From positions 9,257-73,256 of the forward strand of contig DATBIX010000077.1 of NCBI GenBank assembly GCA_036556665.1: DNA of 64,000 bases. Reading direction: 5' to 3'. Position 1 is the first letter of the stretch; every line of letters begins with the position of its first letter. Below the pieces are notes generated by a model. That model saw only the letters and a list, made by a program, of their open reading frames with translations, was not told the origin of the DNA and searched no databases. This document shows, piece after piece, positions 8,852 to 18,019 of the stretch. A program made the translations under genes and the position numbers. This DNA is from Acidimicrobiia bacterium. GTDB lineage: Bacteria; Actinomycetota; Acidimicrobiia; Spongiisociales; ZC4RG35.

Positions 8852-9547
8852 ATGGATCGCCACAAGATCGAGGCCGTTCTCGACGAGGCGGAGGCAACAG
8901 TGGCCTCCGGCGGGTCGGTTGCCCCGTCCGGGTTCTGGAGTGCGGTCACAGCGGTGAAGCGGGACCCGGCGCTGGTGGATGCCTATGCCGACCGTATGGG
9001 GCGCATCGACCGGGCCGCACTCAAGAACTGGGCCCTGCTCACACTCCCGTTGTGGCTGGGCACCGTGGTGGCGGTGGGAGCGACACTCATCGGCCTCGTG
9101 CTCGTGGCGTGGGCGTACTCGCTTCAGGGCAACACGGCAGCATTCGCCCTCCTCGCCGGGCTCGGCATCGTCCTGGTCAGCACCCACGGCCTTGCCCACC
9201 TGGTCACGGGCAGCCTCATGGGAATGAGATTCACCCACTGGTTCGTCGCCTCGGTTCGACGACCCAACCCCGGGGTGAAGGTGGACTATGCCACCTATCT
9301 GAGGGCTCCTGCTTCATCCCGGGCATGGATGCACGCCTCGGGGGCGATCGTGACCAAGATCCTCCCCTTCGCCTTCATCGGCGCTGCCCTGGCCGCCGAT
9401 GTCCCGACCTGGGCCCTCGTCGTCCTGATCCTCACCGGCATCGTCGTCATGGTCACCGACGTGTTCTGGTCGACCAAGGCCTCCGATTGGAAGAAGTTCA
9501 GGCGTGAGATGAGGTTCGCCGAGCCCGTGAGCCGGACGCCCGGCTAA
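8852..9547 (+). CDS. Hypothetical integral membrane protein
   Basis: Several long hydrophobic segments (LLTLPLWLGTVVAVGATLIGLVLVAWA, ALVVLILTGIVVMVTDVFW). Divergent from the ECF sigma gene. No family recognised. Confidence 0.6.
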   Translation: MDRHKIEAVLDEAEATVASGGSVAPSGFWSAVTAVKRDPALVDAYADRMGRIDRAALKNWALLTLPLWLGTVVAVGATLIGLVLVAWAYSLQGNTAAFALLAGLGIVLVSTHGLAHLVTGSLMGMRFTHWFVASVRRPNPGVKVDYATYLRAPASSRAWMHASGAIVTKILPFAFIGAALAADVPTWALVVLILTGIVVMVTDVFWSTKASDWKKFRREMRFAEPVSRTPG

Positions 9548-9568
9548 CAGGCGAAGGCCACAGGGCGC

Positions 9569-11224
9569 TCAGCCGGCGTCGTGGTCGACCATGGTCGGGA
9601 TCGACCCGTCGGTTTGGTGCATCCGCTCGTGGAGCAGCACCAGTTCGTCGAAATCGGGTGGGCTCTCGACGTCTACTGCGATCAGGTGGCGGGTGATCGG
9701 GCCACCCGCCTTGTCGAAGGCTCGCGCCCGGCGGATCTCGGCTGCCGACGCGTCGTCGATGCGGCGGTGTTGGGCGAGATGCTCCTCCCATGAGCCGACG
9801 GCGAACATCTCGGTGAGCCGTCTCGGATTGGCCACGTCACGGAGCAGTCGCCAGCGGTAAGCACCTGTGCGCAACCTCACCAGACGGACCTGGTTCATCA
9901 CGCGGGTGAAGGCGTCGAAGTCGGCGTCGTCGATCTGCCAGGTGTTGAAGATGAGCACCGGCCCCCCTTCCAGTGTCTCGTCGTGGAGGGGTGGCTCGAG
10001 GTCGAGGGAGAACTCGGGTGTCTCGACCTCCTCGAGCGTGGGCAGGCGGAAGCGAGGAGAGAGGAGGCCGAGGATGGTGGAACCGGAGCACAGGACCACC
10101 ATCGCCGTCCCGGTTCCCACGAAGTCGGCGATGACCCCGGCGATGATCGCCCCGATCGGGAGGATGCCGCCGAAGGACAAGCTGTACAGCGACATCGCCC
10201 TGCCCCGTATCCACCCCGGTGTCATCAACTGGGCGGTGGCATTGAGGTTGGTCAAGGTCAGAACCCAGAAGGCGCCCGAAGCGAACATGAAGGCGCCGGC
10301 CAGGGGGATGCTGGTGGCCAGTCCCACGCCGATTCCGGAGAGGCCGAAAAGAGTGATGGTGAACATCAGCGCCCGGCCTCGAAAGCGATCCAGCACGCGT
10401 TGGCGGACGAAGGCGCCGAGAAGGGCGCCCGCCCCCATCGCTCCGAGGAGGAGTCCGAGGGTGCCGGCATCCCCACCCAGCGACTCCGTGTGGCCAGGGA
10501 GGACTGCCTGCACCACCGAGGACGTGATGGCGAAGATCGATACCAGCAACAGAAGCCGGCGAAACACGGGAGTGAAACGGGCGTACCGGATGCCTAGGCC
10601 CATCGCCGTCCCCAAGGAGCTGATCTGCCTTTCCCGGGAAGTCAGTGTCTTCCCCACGATGAGCAACCCGACGATCACGAATCCGTAGGTGAGGGCGTTG
10701 ATGCCGAATCCAATGGCCGGGCCGATGGCGACCACGAGCGCCCCTCCGATCGCCGGGCCAACCGCCCGGGCCACGTTGAACGCGGCCGACTGGAGGGCAA
10801 CGGCCGAGGCGATCATGTCCCGGGGCACGAGGTCCGGGAGAAGGGCCTGCCAAGTGGGCAGATTCAAGGCGACTCCGACACCGAGGATCAGGCCGAGCCC
10901 GAGCAGGATGCCGGGGGTGATCAGGTCTGATGCCGTGAGGATCGCCATGGTCAGCGCCGACCCACCCATGATCAAGTGGGCGACGAGCATCAGCTTGGTG
11001 CGGTCGAACATGTCGGCCAGCGCCCCGGCGGCGAGTGCGAAGAAGAGCAGCGGCAGCGTGGTCGAGGCCACCATGAGGCCGACCCATGTATTCGACCGGG
11101 TCATCTCGAACATGAGCCAGGACGCGGCGACGCTCTGGATGAAAGAGCCCACCGCGGAGAGGACATTTGCCATCCAGAGCGTGCGAAACGAGCCGTATCG
11201 AAGTGGGGCGACCGCCGAGGTCAT
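9569..11224 (-). CDS. MFS transporter (EntS/MFS_3-like) with a soluble C-terminal extension
   Basis: LRYGSFRTLWMANVLSAVGSFIQ N-terminus, about 12 hydrophobic helices, then a roughly 150-aa non-membrane tail. Start at MTSAV (11224). The track ORF continues upstream without support. Confidence 0.85.
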   Translation of the reverse strand: MTSAVAPLRYGSFRTLWMANVLSAVGSFIQSVAASWLMFEMTRSNTWVGLMVASTTLPLLFFALAAGALADMFDRTKLMLVAHLIMGGSALTMAILTASDLITPGILLGLGLILGVGVALNLPTWQALLPDLVPRDMIASAVALQSAAFNVARAVGPAIGGALVVAIGPAIGFGINALTYGFVIVGLLIVGKTLTSRERQISSLGTAMGLGIRYARFTPVFRRLLLLVSIFAITSSVVQAVLPGHTESLGGDAGTLGLLLGAMGAGALLGAFVRQRVLDRFRGRALMFTITLFGLSGIGVGLATSIPLAGAFMFASGAFWVLTLTNLNATAQLMTPGWIRGRAMSLYSLSFGGILPIGAIIAGVIADFVGTGTAMVVLCSGSTILGLLSPRFRLPTLEEVETPEFSLDLEPPLHDETLEGGPVLIFNTWQIDDADFDAFTRVMNQVRLVRLRTGAYRWRLLRDVANPRRLTEMFAVGSWEEHLAQHRRIDDASAAEIRRARAFDKAGGPITRHLIAVDVESPPDFDELVLLHERMHQTDGSIPTMVDHDAG

Positions 11225-11254
11225 CGGATAACAGCGTAGGCCCGGTAGGTTCGT

Positions 11255-11893
11255 GTGGTGGTCCGCGACCTCGCCTACTTCATCTCCGGTGATCGGGGCC
11301 CGGGCCCCGGCGTCCTCGTGCTCCACTCGTTCTGGGGTCTGACGCCATCGGTGAAGAGCCTCTGTGACGACCTGGCCGACCACGGCTATACGGTCCTCGC
11401 TCCGGACATCAACTTCGGCGAGCTCCCCGCCTCTGAGCAGGAGGCCCTCGACCATCTCGGCCGCGCCGACCCCAACCGTCTGGCTTCTCTGGTCCTCTCA
11501 TCGGCCCGGCTCCTCCACGAGAAGTCGACCGAAGGCCCAATCGGCATGGTCGGCTTCGGGATGGGGGGATCCCTCGCCCTCTGGGCCTCGGTGAGGCTGG
11601 CAGGCATGGTCCGGGCCGCCGTTTCCTTCTACGGGAGCCAGCAGATCGATTTCGCCGGATCCCAGTCGTCGTATCTGATCCACCTCGCCGAGGACGACGA
11701 CTACGTGTCGAACGACGAGGCGGCTTTCATGGAGGCGACGATGCGCCTCGAGGAGCTCGACGTGGAGGTGGTGCGCCACCCGGGCACCAGACACGGCTTT
11801 GCCGAGCCCGACGGCGACACGTTCGACCCCACCGCCTTCGATCGTGCCTGGGTCGGCACCCTCGAGTTCCTCGAGAGCATTCTTGCCAGCTGA
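11255..11893 (+). CDS. Dienelactone hydrolase family protein
   Basis: GVLVLHSFWGL...GYTVLAPD...GMVGFGMGG...HPGTRHGF pattern of DLH alpha/beta hydrolases. GTG start. Confidence 0.8.
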   Translation: MVVRDLAYFISGDRGPGPGVLVLHSFWGLTPSVKSLCDDLADHGYTVLAPDINFGELPASEQEALDHLGRADPNRLASLVLSSARLLHEKSTEGPIGMVGFGMGGSLALWASVRLAGMVRAAVSFYGSQQIDFAGSQSSYLIHLAEDDDYVSNDEAAFMEATMRLEELDVEVVRHPGTRHGFAEPDGDTFDPTAFDRAWVGTLEFLESILAS

Positions 11894-11953
11894 CCCACGC
11901 CGGTCGATCGGTCCCGCACGCTAGGTTCCCGCGCCCGCGACAAGGAGGACCGC

Positions 11954-12502
11954 TTGACCAACAGCTACGCGTCTGGTTGGGGCATGCCGAAATGGGCGCT
12001 GATCACCTTCGGGATCCTCTCGATCATCGCCGGCATCCTTGCCTTCGCTTGGCCCGGTGTGACGATCCTGGTCCTCGTGATGCTGCTCGGGATCCAGCTG
12101 CTCATCTACGGCGTGGTGGCCGTCGTGACCGCCTTCCAGACCGGGCAGGGGCGGGTTCTCGCCGTCATCTTCGGGGTCCTCGCCTTCATCGCCGGCACGG
12201 CCCTTCTCCTTCGACCCTTGCGCAATCTGGCAGCGGTGGTGATCGTCCTCTCGGTCTTCTGGGTGGTCGGTGGGCTGGTGCAGACCATCGGCTCGGTGAT
12301 CGACCGTGGGGAGCATTGGGTGCTCGAGCTGTTCGCCGGTCTGTTCTCGGTCGTCGCCGGCATCGTCGCCATCGTGTGGCCTGGGATCACCCTGTTCGTC
12401 GTCGCAGTCGTCGCGGGCGCTTGGATGATCATGATCGGCGTGATGCAGCTGGCAGCAGCCTTCGGCTCCTCGAGCCCGGCTCGACCGGCCGCCGCGGTGT
12501 GA
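11954..12502 (+). CDS. HdeD/DUF308 family membrane protein
   Basis: Repeated GxxxIxxG(I/V)xAxxxP(G) hydrophobic units (ILSIIAGILAFAWPGVT, FSVVAGIVAIVWPGIT). TTG start sits 4-5 nt after AAGGAGGA. Confidence 0.8.
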   Translation: MTNSYASGWGMPKWALITFGILSIIAGILAFAWPGVTILVLVMLLGIQLLIYGVVAVVTAFQTGQGRVLAVIFGVLAFIAGTALLLRPLRNLAAVVIVLSVFWVVGGLVQTIGSVIDRGEHWVLELFAGLFSVVAGIVAIVWPGITLFVVAVVAGAWMIMIGVMQLAAAFGSSSPARPAAAV

Positions 12503-12537
12503 GCCCCGGCCGTTGGTCCGGCGTGCGCTCCTGAGTC

Positions 12538-12924
12538 TCACCCCCACTCGGGTGGGGGATCCCGCCGCCCTTCGGCCCATTCCCAGTGCTCATGGAGGCT
12601 CTTGCAGCGGCCCTCGTCGTCGAATTCGAGGAGGAGGCAACCGGGCAGGGTGATCTCCTCACCCCCGTTCTCCATCGTGGTCCACCACTCGACCGCGACC
12701 CTGGCGCCGTCCACGATCGGCCGGCCCATGCGAACCCTGGCGTCACGTTGGGTCGAGGTGACCTCCCGCCAATAGGCGCCGATTCCCTCTTGGCCCCGGT
12801 GCGGCTCCTCGAAGATGCTCGATCGATACGTCGCGTCGTCGGTGAACAGGTCGACCACGGTTCGGTCGTCTGCTTCCTCCCACGCCTTTCGGTAGGTCTC
12901 GATCCATGCAGCCAGCTCGATCAC
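12538..12924 (-). CDS. NTF2/SnoaL-like small protein
   Basis: IETYRKAWEEADDRTVVDLFTDDATYRSS... is typical of the SnoaL-like fold. GTG 12924 is preceded by GGAGG. The upstream part of the track ORF is unsupported. Confidence 0.7.
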   Translation of the reverse strand: MIELAAWIETYRKAWEEADDRTVVDLFTDDATYRSSIFEEPHRGQEGIGAYWREVTSTQRDARVRMGRPIVDGARVAVEWWTTMENGGEEITLPGCLLLEFDDEGRCKSLHEHWEWAEGRRDPPPEWG

Positions 12925-13131
12925 GGGTTTGCCTCCATTCCTCGGGTCGCCGGCGAAGGGTAAGGATCCCGAATGGGAAGGGGCCGGCCAATGCCGTCTC
13001 CTCCGTGGCGTCACATCTCGTGTCGGATCAGGTGTCGGTCGGCCCTGGCTGGGTCCTCCCCCGCAGCCGGTGGTCACAGTCCACACCTCGTCGCTGTGCG
13101 GCGTCTTCTGGTCCCTCCCACCACTCTAGAG

Positions 13132-13143
13132 TGTCCAGCAAGC
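13132..13143. promoter_or_regulatory. Perfect 12-bp palindrome CACTCTAGAGTG (candidate operator) upstream of the aldehyde dehydrogenase gene
   Basis: Read directly. An extra CACTCT half-site lies at 13154-13159. It sits in the 284-bp divergent intergenic region, about 65 nt before ATG 13209. Confidence 0.3.
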
Positions 13144-13208
13144 ACTCTCCGCGTTCAGGGGCCGGACCAGGAGGCCCGCCAGATGGGCAAGCGAAGTACC
13201 GTTTCCCC

Positions 13209-14792
13209 ATGACCCTGACCGAGCCCGCCCGGCTCGCCCCACACGTGACCAGCAGCATGCTGCGTCGGCTCGAGCAACGGGCCGCGACAGGAACGGGGCC
13301 CCGTGAGCTGATCGAGGTGATCGCCCCCTTCGACGAGAGGGTCCTCGGTTTTGTCCCCCAGACAGCAGCCGAAGACGTCGCCGCCGCAGCGGACAGAGCC
13401 CGGGAGGCGCAACCATCGTGGGAGTCGCGTGGGGCGAGGCGAAGATCAGAAGCCCTGCTTCGCTTCCACGACGTCCTCCTCGACCACGTGGACGAGGTGG
13501 TCGACCTGGTCCAGCTCGAAGGGGGCAAGGCGCGTATGGACGCCTGGAAAGAGGTCGTCGACACCGTTGGCGTCACGCGCTTCATCGCCAACACCGCTCC
13601 CGGCCTGACTCGTCGCCGGCGTCATCAGGGCGCCATGCCTCTGTTCACCAAGACCTATGAGTACCGGCACGCCAAAGGGCTGGTCGGTTTCATCAGCCCA
13701 TGGAACTACCCGTTCATGCTGGCGATGAGCGATGCCGTCGCCGCCCTCGCCACGGGGAATGCGGTGCTGATCAAGCCCGACGAGAAGACTCCGTACTCCG
13801 CCCTCCTCGGAGCCGAGTTGCTCGAAGAGGCCGGCGTCCCGGCCGACGTGGTCCAGGTGTTGACAGGTCGCGGCGCCCCGATCGCCGAGGCAATCCTCGA
13901 CGAGGTCGATTACATCATGTTCACCGGTTCGACCGAGGTGGGCAGGCAGGTTGCCGAGATGGCCGGTCGCCGCCTCATCGGCTGCTCGATGGAGCTGGGC
14001 GGCAAGAACGCCGCTCTCGTCCTGGCGGATGCGGATCTCGATCGCACCGTCCGCGAGCTCGCTGCCGGAAGCTATGCCAACGGAGGGCAGACCTGTGTCT
14101 CGATGGAACGGGTGTACGTCCATGAATCGGTTCGGGACGAGTTCACCAGCAGGTTCGTCGATCATTCCGAGTCGTTGCCCATCTCCGCCGGCTTCGACTT
14201 CTCCAGCGCGATCAGCTCACTGGTCGACCAGGCGCAACTAGACGCGGTCCACTCACACGTCGAGGACGCTGTGGCGAAGGGGGCGACCCTGCTCACAGGC
14301 GGAAAGCCCCGGCCCGACGTCGGTCCGTTCTTCTACTCGGCCACCGTGTTGACCGACGTCGCCGAGGAGATGGACATCTGTCGGAGTGAGACCTTCGGCC
14401 CGGTGGTCGCCATCTACGGCTTCGACGAGGTCGATGAGGCGGTGACGGCCGCCAACGACTCCGACTTCGGGCTCCACTTCAGCGTCTGGTCAGCGGACAC
14501 CGCTGGGGCCCTGGAGATCGCAACCAGGCTGGAGGCAGGCTCGGTCACCATCAACGACGGTCTGGTGGCGAGTTGGGGATCACACGAGGCGCCGATGGGG
14601 GGGTTCAAGCAGTCGGGGATCGGGCGTCGCCACGGCGTCGAGGGGATCCTCAAGTTCACCGAGCCCCAGACGGTCGCCGTGCAGAGGTTGATCCCTGCCT
14701 ACTCGCCGTTCGCCGGCATCAGCGCCCAGCGATACACCAGGATGATCGAGTTCCTGACCAAGGTGTTCAAACGGCTCCCGTTCTATCGGTGA
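13209..14792 (+). CDS. NAD(P)-dependent aldehyde dehydrogenase (succinate-semialdehyde dehydrogenase GabD2-like)
   Basis: FISPWNYPF, MELGGKNA and catalytic GQTCVSMER motifs. Start at MTLTEP (13209). The upstream track extension is Arg/Pro/Ser-rich and unsupported. Confidence 0.9.
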   Translation: MTLTEPARLAPHVTSSMLRRLEQRAATGTGPRELIEVIAPFDERVLGFVPQTAAEDVAAAADRAREAQPSWESRGARRRSEALLRFHDVLLDHVDEVVDLVQLEGGKARMDAWKEVVDTVGVTRFIANTAPGLTRRRRHQGAMPLFTKTYEYRHAKGLVGFISPWNYPFMLAMSDAVAALATGNAVLIKPDEKTPYSALLGAELLEEAGVPADVVQVLTGRGAPIAEAILDEVDYIMFTGSTEVGRQVAEMAGRRLIGCSMELGGKNAALVLADADLDRTVRELAAGSYANGGQTCVSMERVYVHESVRDEFTSRFVDHSESLPISAGFDFSSAISSLVDQAQLDAVHSHVEDAVAKGATLLTGGKPRPDVGPFFYSATVLTDVAEEMDICRSETFGPVVAIYGFDEVDEAVTAANDSDFGLHFSVWSADTAGALEIATRLEAGSVTINDGLVASWGSHEAPMGGFKQSGIGRRHGVEGILKFTEPQTVAVQRLIPAYSPFAGISAQRYTRMIEFLTKVFKRLPFYR

Positions 14793-14811
14793 GACCCGGC
14801 GGCAACCTGCC

Positions 14812-15294
14812 CTAGCGCTCCGACATCTCGGCGAGGTCCGCCTCGAGGGTGTCCCGCTCCTCGGGGTCCTCGATCTCGGCCAACATCTGCCTGGCGGCCT
14901 CCAGGTGGTCGGTGAAAGTCTCGATGTCGTCGACCTCGGCGGCGGCGCGAGCGATTGCCTCGTGGGCGAAACCCGTGACGAATGCGTCCAGGTCGTTGGC
15001 GCGACACTCGGCCAGCGACAACTCGCCGAAGCGTTTGGCCAGGTCGGCCATCCCGAGGACCACCGCCACCCGCGAAACCTGCCAGTCGGCAATTGCCCGC
15101 TGGCGGGGGTTACCGACCGCATACCAGTGATAACGCTGGGCGAATGTGGAGGCGAGCATGTCCTCTTCCTCTGCGCGGGTTGGCTCATCGAGATCGAGGA
15201 GGCTCCAAGCGTGATTGAACGCCCGGGGGGCGAAGGTGCGATGCCAGACGTCGATCTGCTCGCGCGACGGGTCTGAGATGGGCTCGGTCATCAC
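14812..15294 (-). CDS. Hypothetical acidic helical protein
   Basis: Coding-like composition. GTG 15294 / ATG 15291 overlap the stop of the upstream aminotransferase gene (GTGATGA). No family recognised. Confidence 0.6.
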   Translation of the reverse strand: MMTEPISDPSREQIDVWHRTFAPRAFNHAWSLLDLDEPTRAEEEDMLASTFAQRYHWYAVGNPRQRAIADWQVSRVAVVLGMADLAKRFGELSLAECRANDLDAFVTGFAHEAIARAAAEVDDIETFTDHLEAARQMLAEIEDPEERDTLEADLAEMSER

Positions 15295-16949
15295 TGCACC
15301 TCGGCGGGGTTGGGGAACCAGCGCAACTCTTCTGCCTCAGGCCCGAGGTCGGGCGCCTCGCCATCGCGCACGGGCTCGGCGGCGAGTATGCGCCTGGCCT
15401 CGACCAGATAGCCGTCGAGGTCGTCGAGCGGGGCCGTGAGCGGGGCTTCGATCACCCTGGACCCGGTGAAGTCGAGATCATCGAGGGAGGTAGGGGGTCG
15501 GGGAAGGCCGAGCCGGTGCTGCCAGAGAGCGGTCTCCGGCTCGTACCGGTAGAGCGGGAGCAGGCGCCATCCCTGATCGGCGATGAGGTGAACGGCCTCG
15601 AGGATGTAAGAGAACTCGGATTCGTCGATGAAGTAGTTGAAGTTGACCCGAACCCATCCCGGCTTGATCACCTCGCAGCCGGTTGCGATCGCCTTCTCGA
15701 AACGCGAACTCGTCTCGAGGTCGATGCCGAGGAGGCGGTGGCCGTACGGCCCGGCGCAGGAGCAGCCTCCTCTGGCCTGAATGCCGAACAAGTCGTTGAG
15801 CAGGGCCACGACGAAGTTGTGGTGAAGGGTTCGTGCCCCGTGCCGTATCACGAAGCTCACGATGGAGAGGCGGTCGGCGCTGGGATTCCCCAGGATCTCG
15901 ATGTTCCGGTTGGTCGACCAAGATTCGATGGCACGTCGAATGAACCCGTGCTCCAGGCGACGGATCGTGTCCACCCCGACACTTTCCTTGAGGCGGAAGA
16001 CCAGCCCGGCCCTGATCGATTCGATGATCGCCGGAGTGCCGCCCTCCTCGCGATGCTCGGCGTCATGGATGTAGCTGTGATGGTCGGGGGACACGTATTG
16101 GACCGTCCCGCCGCCAGGGACCACGGGGACCTCATTGCGAAGGAGGTCGCGCCGCACCACCAGGACCCCGGGGGTCCCCGGCCCCCCGATCAGCTTGTGA
16201 GGGGAGACGAAGACGGCGTCCTTGTAGTCGATGTTGCCCTCGCCCGAGGAGGCCATGTCGATCGCCACATACGGCGCCGAGGCGGCGAAGTCCCAGAACG
16301 AGAGGGCGCCGTGCTCGTGGAGCAGCCGGGAGATGGCGCTGGTGTCCGAGATGATCCCGGTCACGTTGGATGCGGCCGAGAACGAGCCGATCCGGAGCGG
16401 GCGGTTCCGATGCTCGATGAGCCGAGACTCCAGCTCGACCAAGTCGATGTGACCGTCGGCATCCTCTTTGATCTCGATCACGTCGGCAATCGTCTCGCGC
16501 CAGGGGAGCTCGTTGGAATGGTGCTCGTAGGGCCCGACGAACACCACCGGGCGCTCGTCCTCGGGGATGATGCCGGCCAAGCCGTAGATCTCGTCGAGGC
16601 TCGGTGGGATCCTGATGCCGAGGAGCCCGATGAGCCGGTCCACCGCGCCGGTGGACCCGCTGCCGGCGAAGATGACCGCATGCTCGTCCCGGTTGGCGCC
16701 CACCGAGCGTCTGATGGTCTCTCGGGCCTCCTCGCGGAACCTGGTGGTCTGCAGGCCAGTCCCAGACGTCTCGGTGTGGGTGTTGGCGTAGAGCGGCAGG
16801 ACCTGGACCCGTATGAAGTCCTCGATGAAAGACAAGGATCGACCCGATGCCGTGTAATCGGCGTAGGTGACACGCCGCAGCCCGAACGGGGTCTGCACGG
16901 CGGTGTCCTTGCCGATCACCGACTCACGAACCTTCTCGACCAGATCCAT
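15291..16949 (-). CDS. Long (about 550 aa) class V aminotransferase-fold PLP-dependent enzyme
   Basis: YADYTASGRSLSFIEDFI...LYANTHTE...VFVSPHKLIGGPGTPGVLV (PLP-lysine region) is typical of the cysteine-desulfurase-like fold, with an extra C-terminal domain. Confidence 0.8.
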   Translation of the reverse strand: MDLVEKVRESVIGKDTAVQTPFGLRRVTYADYTASGRSLSFIEDFIRVQVLPLYANTHTETSGTGLQTTRFREEARETIRRSVGANRDEHAVIFAGSGSTGAVDRLIGLLGIRIPPSLDEIYGLAGIIPEDERPVVFVGPYEHHSNELPWRETIADVIEIKEDADGHIDLVELESRLIEHRNRPLRIGSFSAASNVTGIISDTSAISRLLHEHGALSFWDFAASAPYVAIDMASSGEGNIDYKDAVFVSPHKLIGGPGTPGVLVVRRDLLRNEVPVVPGGGTVQYVSPDHHSYIHDAEHREEGGTPAIIESIRAGLVFRLKESVGVDTIRRLEHGFIRRAIESWSTNRNIEILGNPSADRLSIVSFVIRHGARTLHHNFVVALLNDLFGIQARGGCSCAGPYGHRLLGIDLETSSRFEKAIATGCEVIKPGWVRVNFNYFIDESEFSYILEAVHLIADQGWRLLPLYRYEPETALWQHRLGLPRPPTSLDDLDFTGSRVIEAPLTAPLDDLDGYLVEARRILAAEPVRDGEAPDLGPEAEELRWFPNPAEVQ

Positions 16950-17017
16950 CGGGGCGGTCCCTTTCGCCTACCTAAGGTGAGGTGGCCACATATGCCTGGC
17001 GCAACACTAGGAAACCG

Positions 17018-18019
17018 ATGAGGGATGAGACCGTCGTCAGCGTCGGCGGGGAGGAGGTCAGGATCTCCAGCCCCGACCGGGTGATCTTCCCGAAGCAAGG
17101 GTGGACCAAGCTGGACGTGGCCAATCACTTCTCCACCGTCTCGGAGGGTGCCATCCGCGGGGTCTTCGGGCGTCCCACCATGCTCAAGCGATTCATGGGG
17201 ACGGTGGAGGAGGACCCGATCTATCACAAGCGGGCGGCCAAGAACACCCCGTTCGAGACGGTGCCAATCAGGTTTCCCTCTCAGCGTCCCGGGATCATGA
17301 ACGTCCCTCGGACCGAGGCGGACGTTATCCGGCTGGTCCAACTCGGCTGTCTCGACTTCCATCCATGGCCGGTGCGGGCCGAGGACATCGACCACCCCGA
17401 CGAGCTGCGCTTCGACTTCGACCCGACTCCGGGCTTTGGGTTCGACAAGGTGAAGGAGGCGGCCGGGGCGGCCCGGGTCGTGCTCGAGGAGGTCGGTCTG
17501 GTCGGCTGGCCGAAGACCTCGGGAAGTCGGGGCGTCCATGTCTACGTTCGCATCGAGCCGTTGTGGGACTTCTTCCAGACCAGACGAGCCGTGCTCGCCG
17601 CCGCCCGGGAGCTGGAAAGGCGATTGGATGGCCTGGTCACCACGAGGTGGTGGAAGGAGGAGCGAACCGGCGTCTTCATCGACTACAACCAAAACGCTCG
17701 GGACAAGTCCGTATGCTCGGCCTACGGGGTCAGGCCCACCGGTTTCGTGTCCGCCCCGGTCACCTGGGACGAGTTGCCCGACGTTCTCATCGAGGACTTC
17801 CCGCTCGACACCTTCGCCGACCGCTATCGCGCAGTCGGAGACCTCACCGACGGCATCGACGAGTCGGCGGGCCGCATCGACACGCTCATGGAGTGGGTGG
17901 CGCGCGACCAGGAGAACGGCCTGGGTGACGCCCCCTGGCCCCCCCACTACCCGAAGATGCCCGACGAGCCCCCCCGAGTCCAGCCGTCGAAGCAACGCCG
18001 CCCAACCGAGGATTACTAG
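17018..18019 (+). CDS. Stand-alone LigD-type primase-polymerase domain protein (PolDom / Prim-PolC-like)
   Basis: RVIFPKQGWTKLDVANHF, LDFHPWP, FDFDP, KTSGSRGVHVYV and DYNQNARDKS are archaeo-eukaryotic primase-polymerase motifs of LigD-Pol. Start at MRDETVV. Confidence 0.85.
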   Translation: MRDETVVSVGGEEVRISSPDRVIFPKQGWTKLDVANHFSTVSEGAIRGVFGRPTMLKRFMGTVEEDPIYHKRAAKNTPFETVPIRFPSQRPGIMNVPRTEADVIRLVQLGCLDFHPWPVRAEDIDHPDELRFDFDPTPGFGFDKVKEAAGAARVVLEEVGLVGWPKTSGSRGVHVYVRIEPLWDFFQTRRAVLAAARELERRLDGLVTTRWWKEERTGVFIDYNQNARDKSVCSAYGVRPTGFVSAPVTWDELPDVLIEDFPLDTFADRYRAVGDLTDGIDESAGRIDTLMEWVARDQENGLGDAPWPPHYPKMPDEPPRVQPSKQRRPTEDY

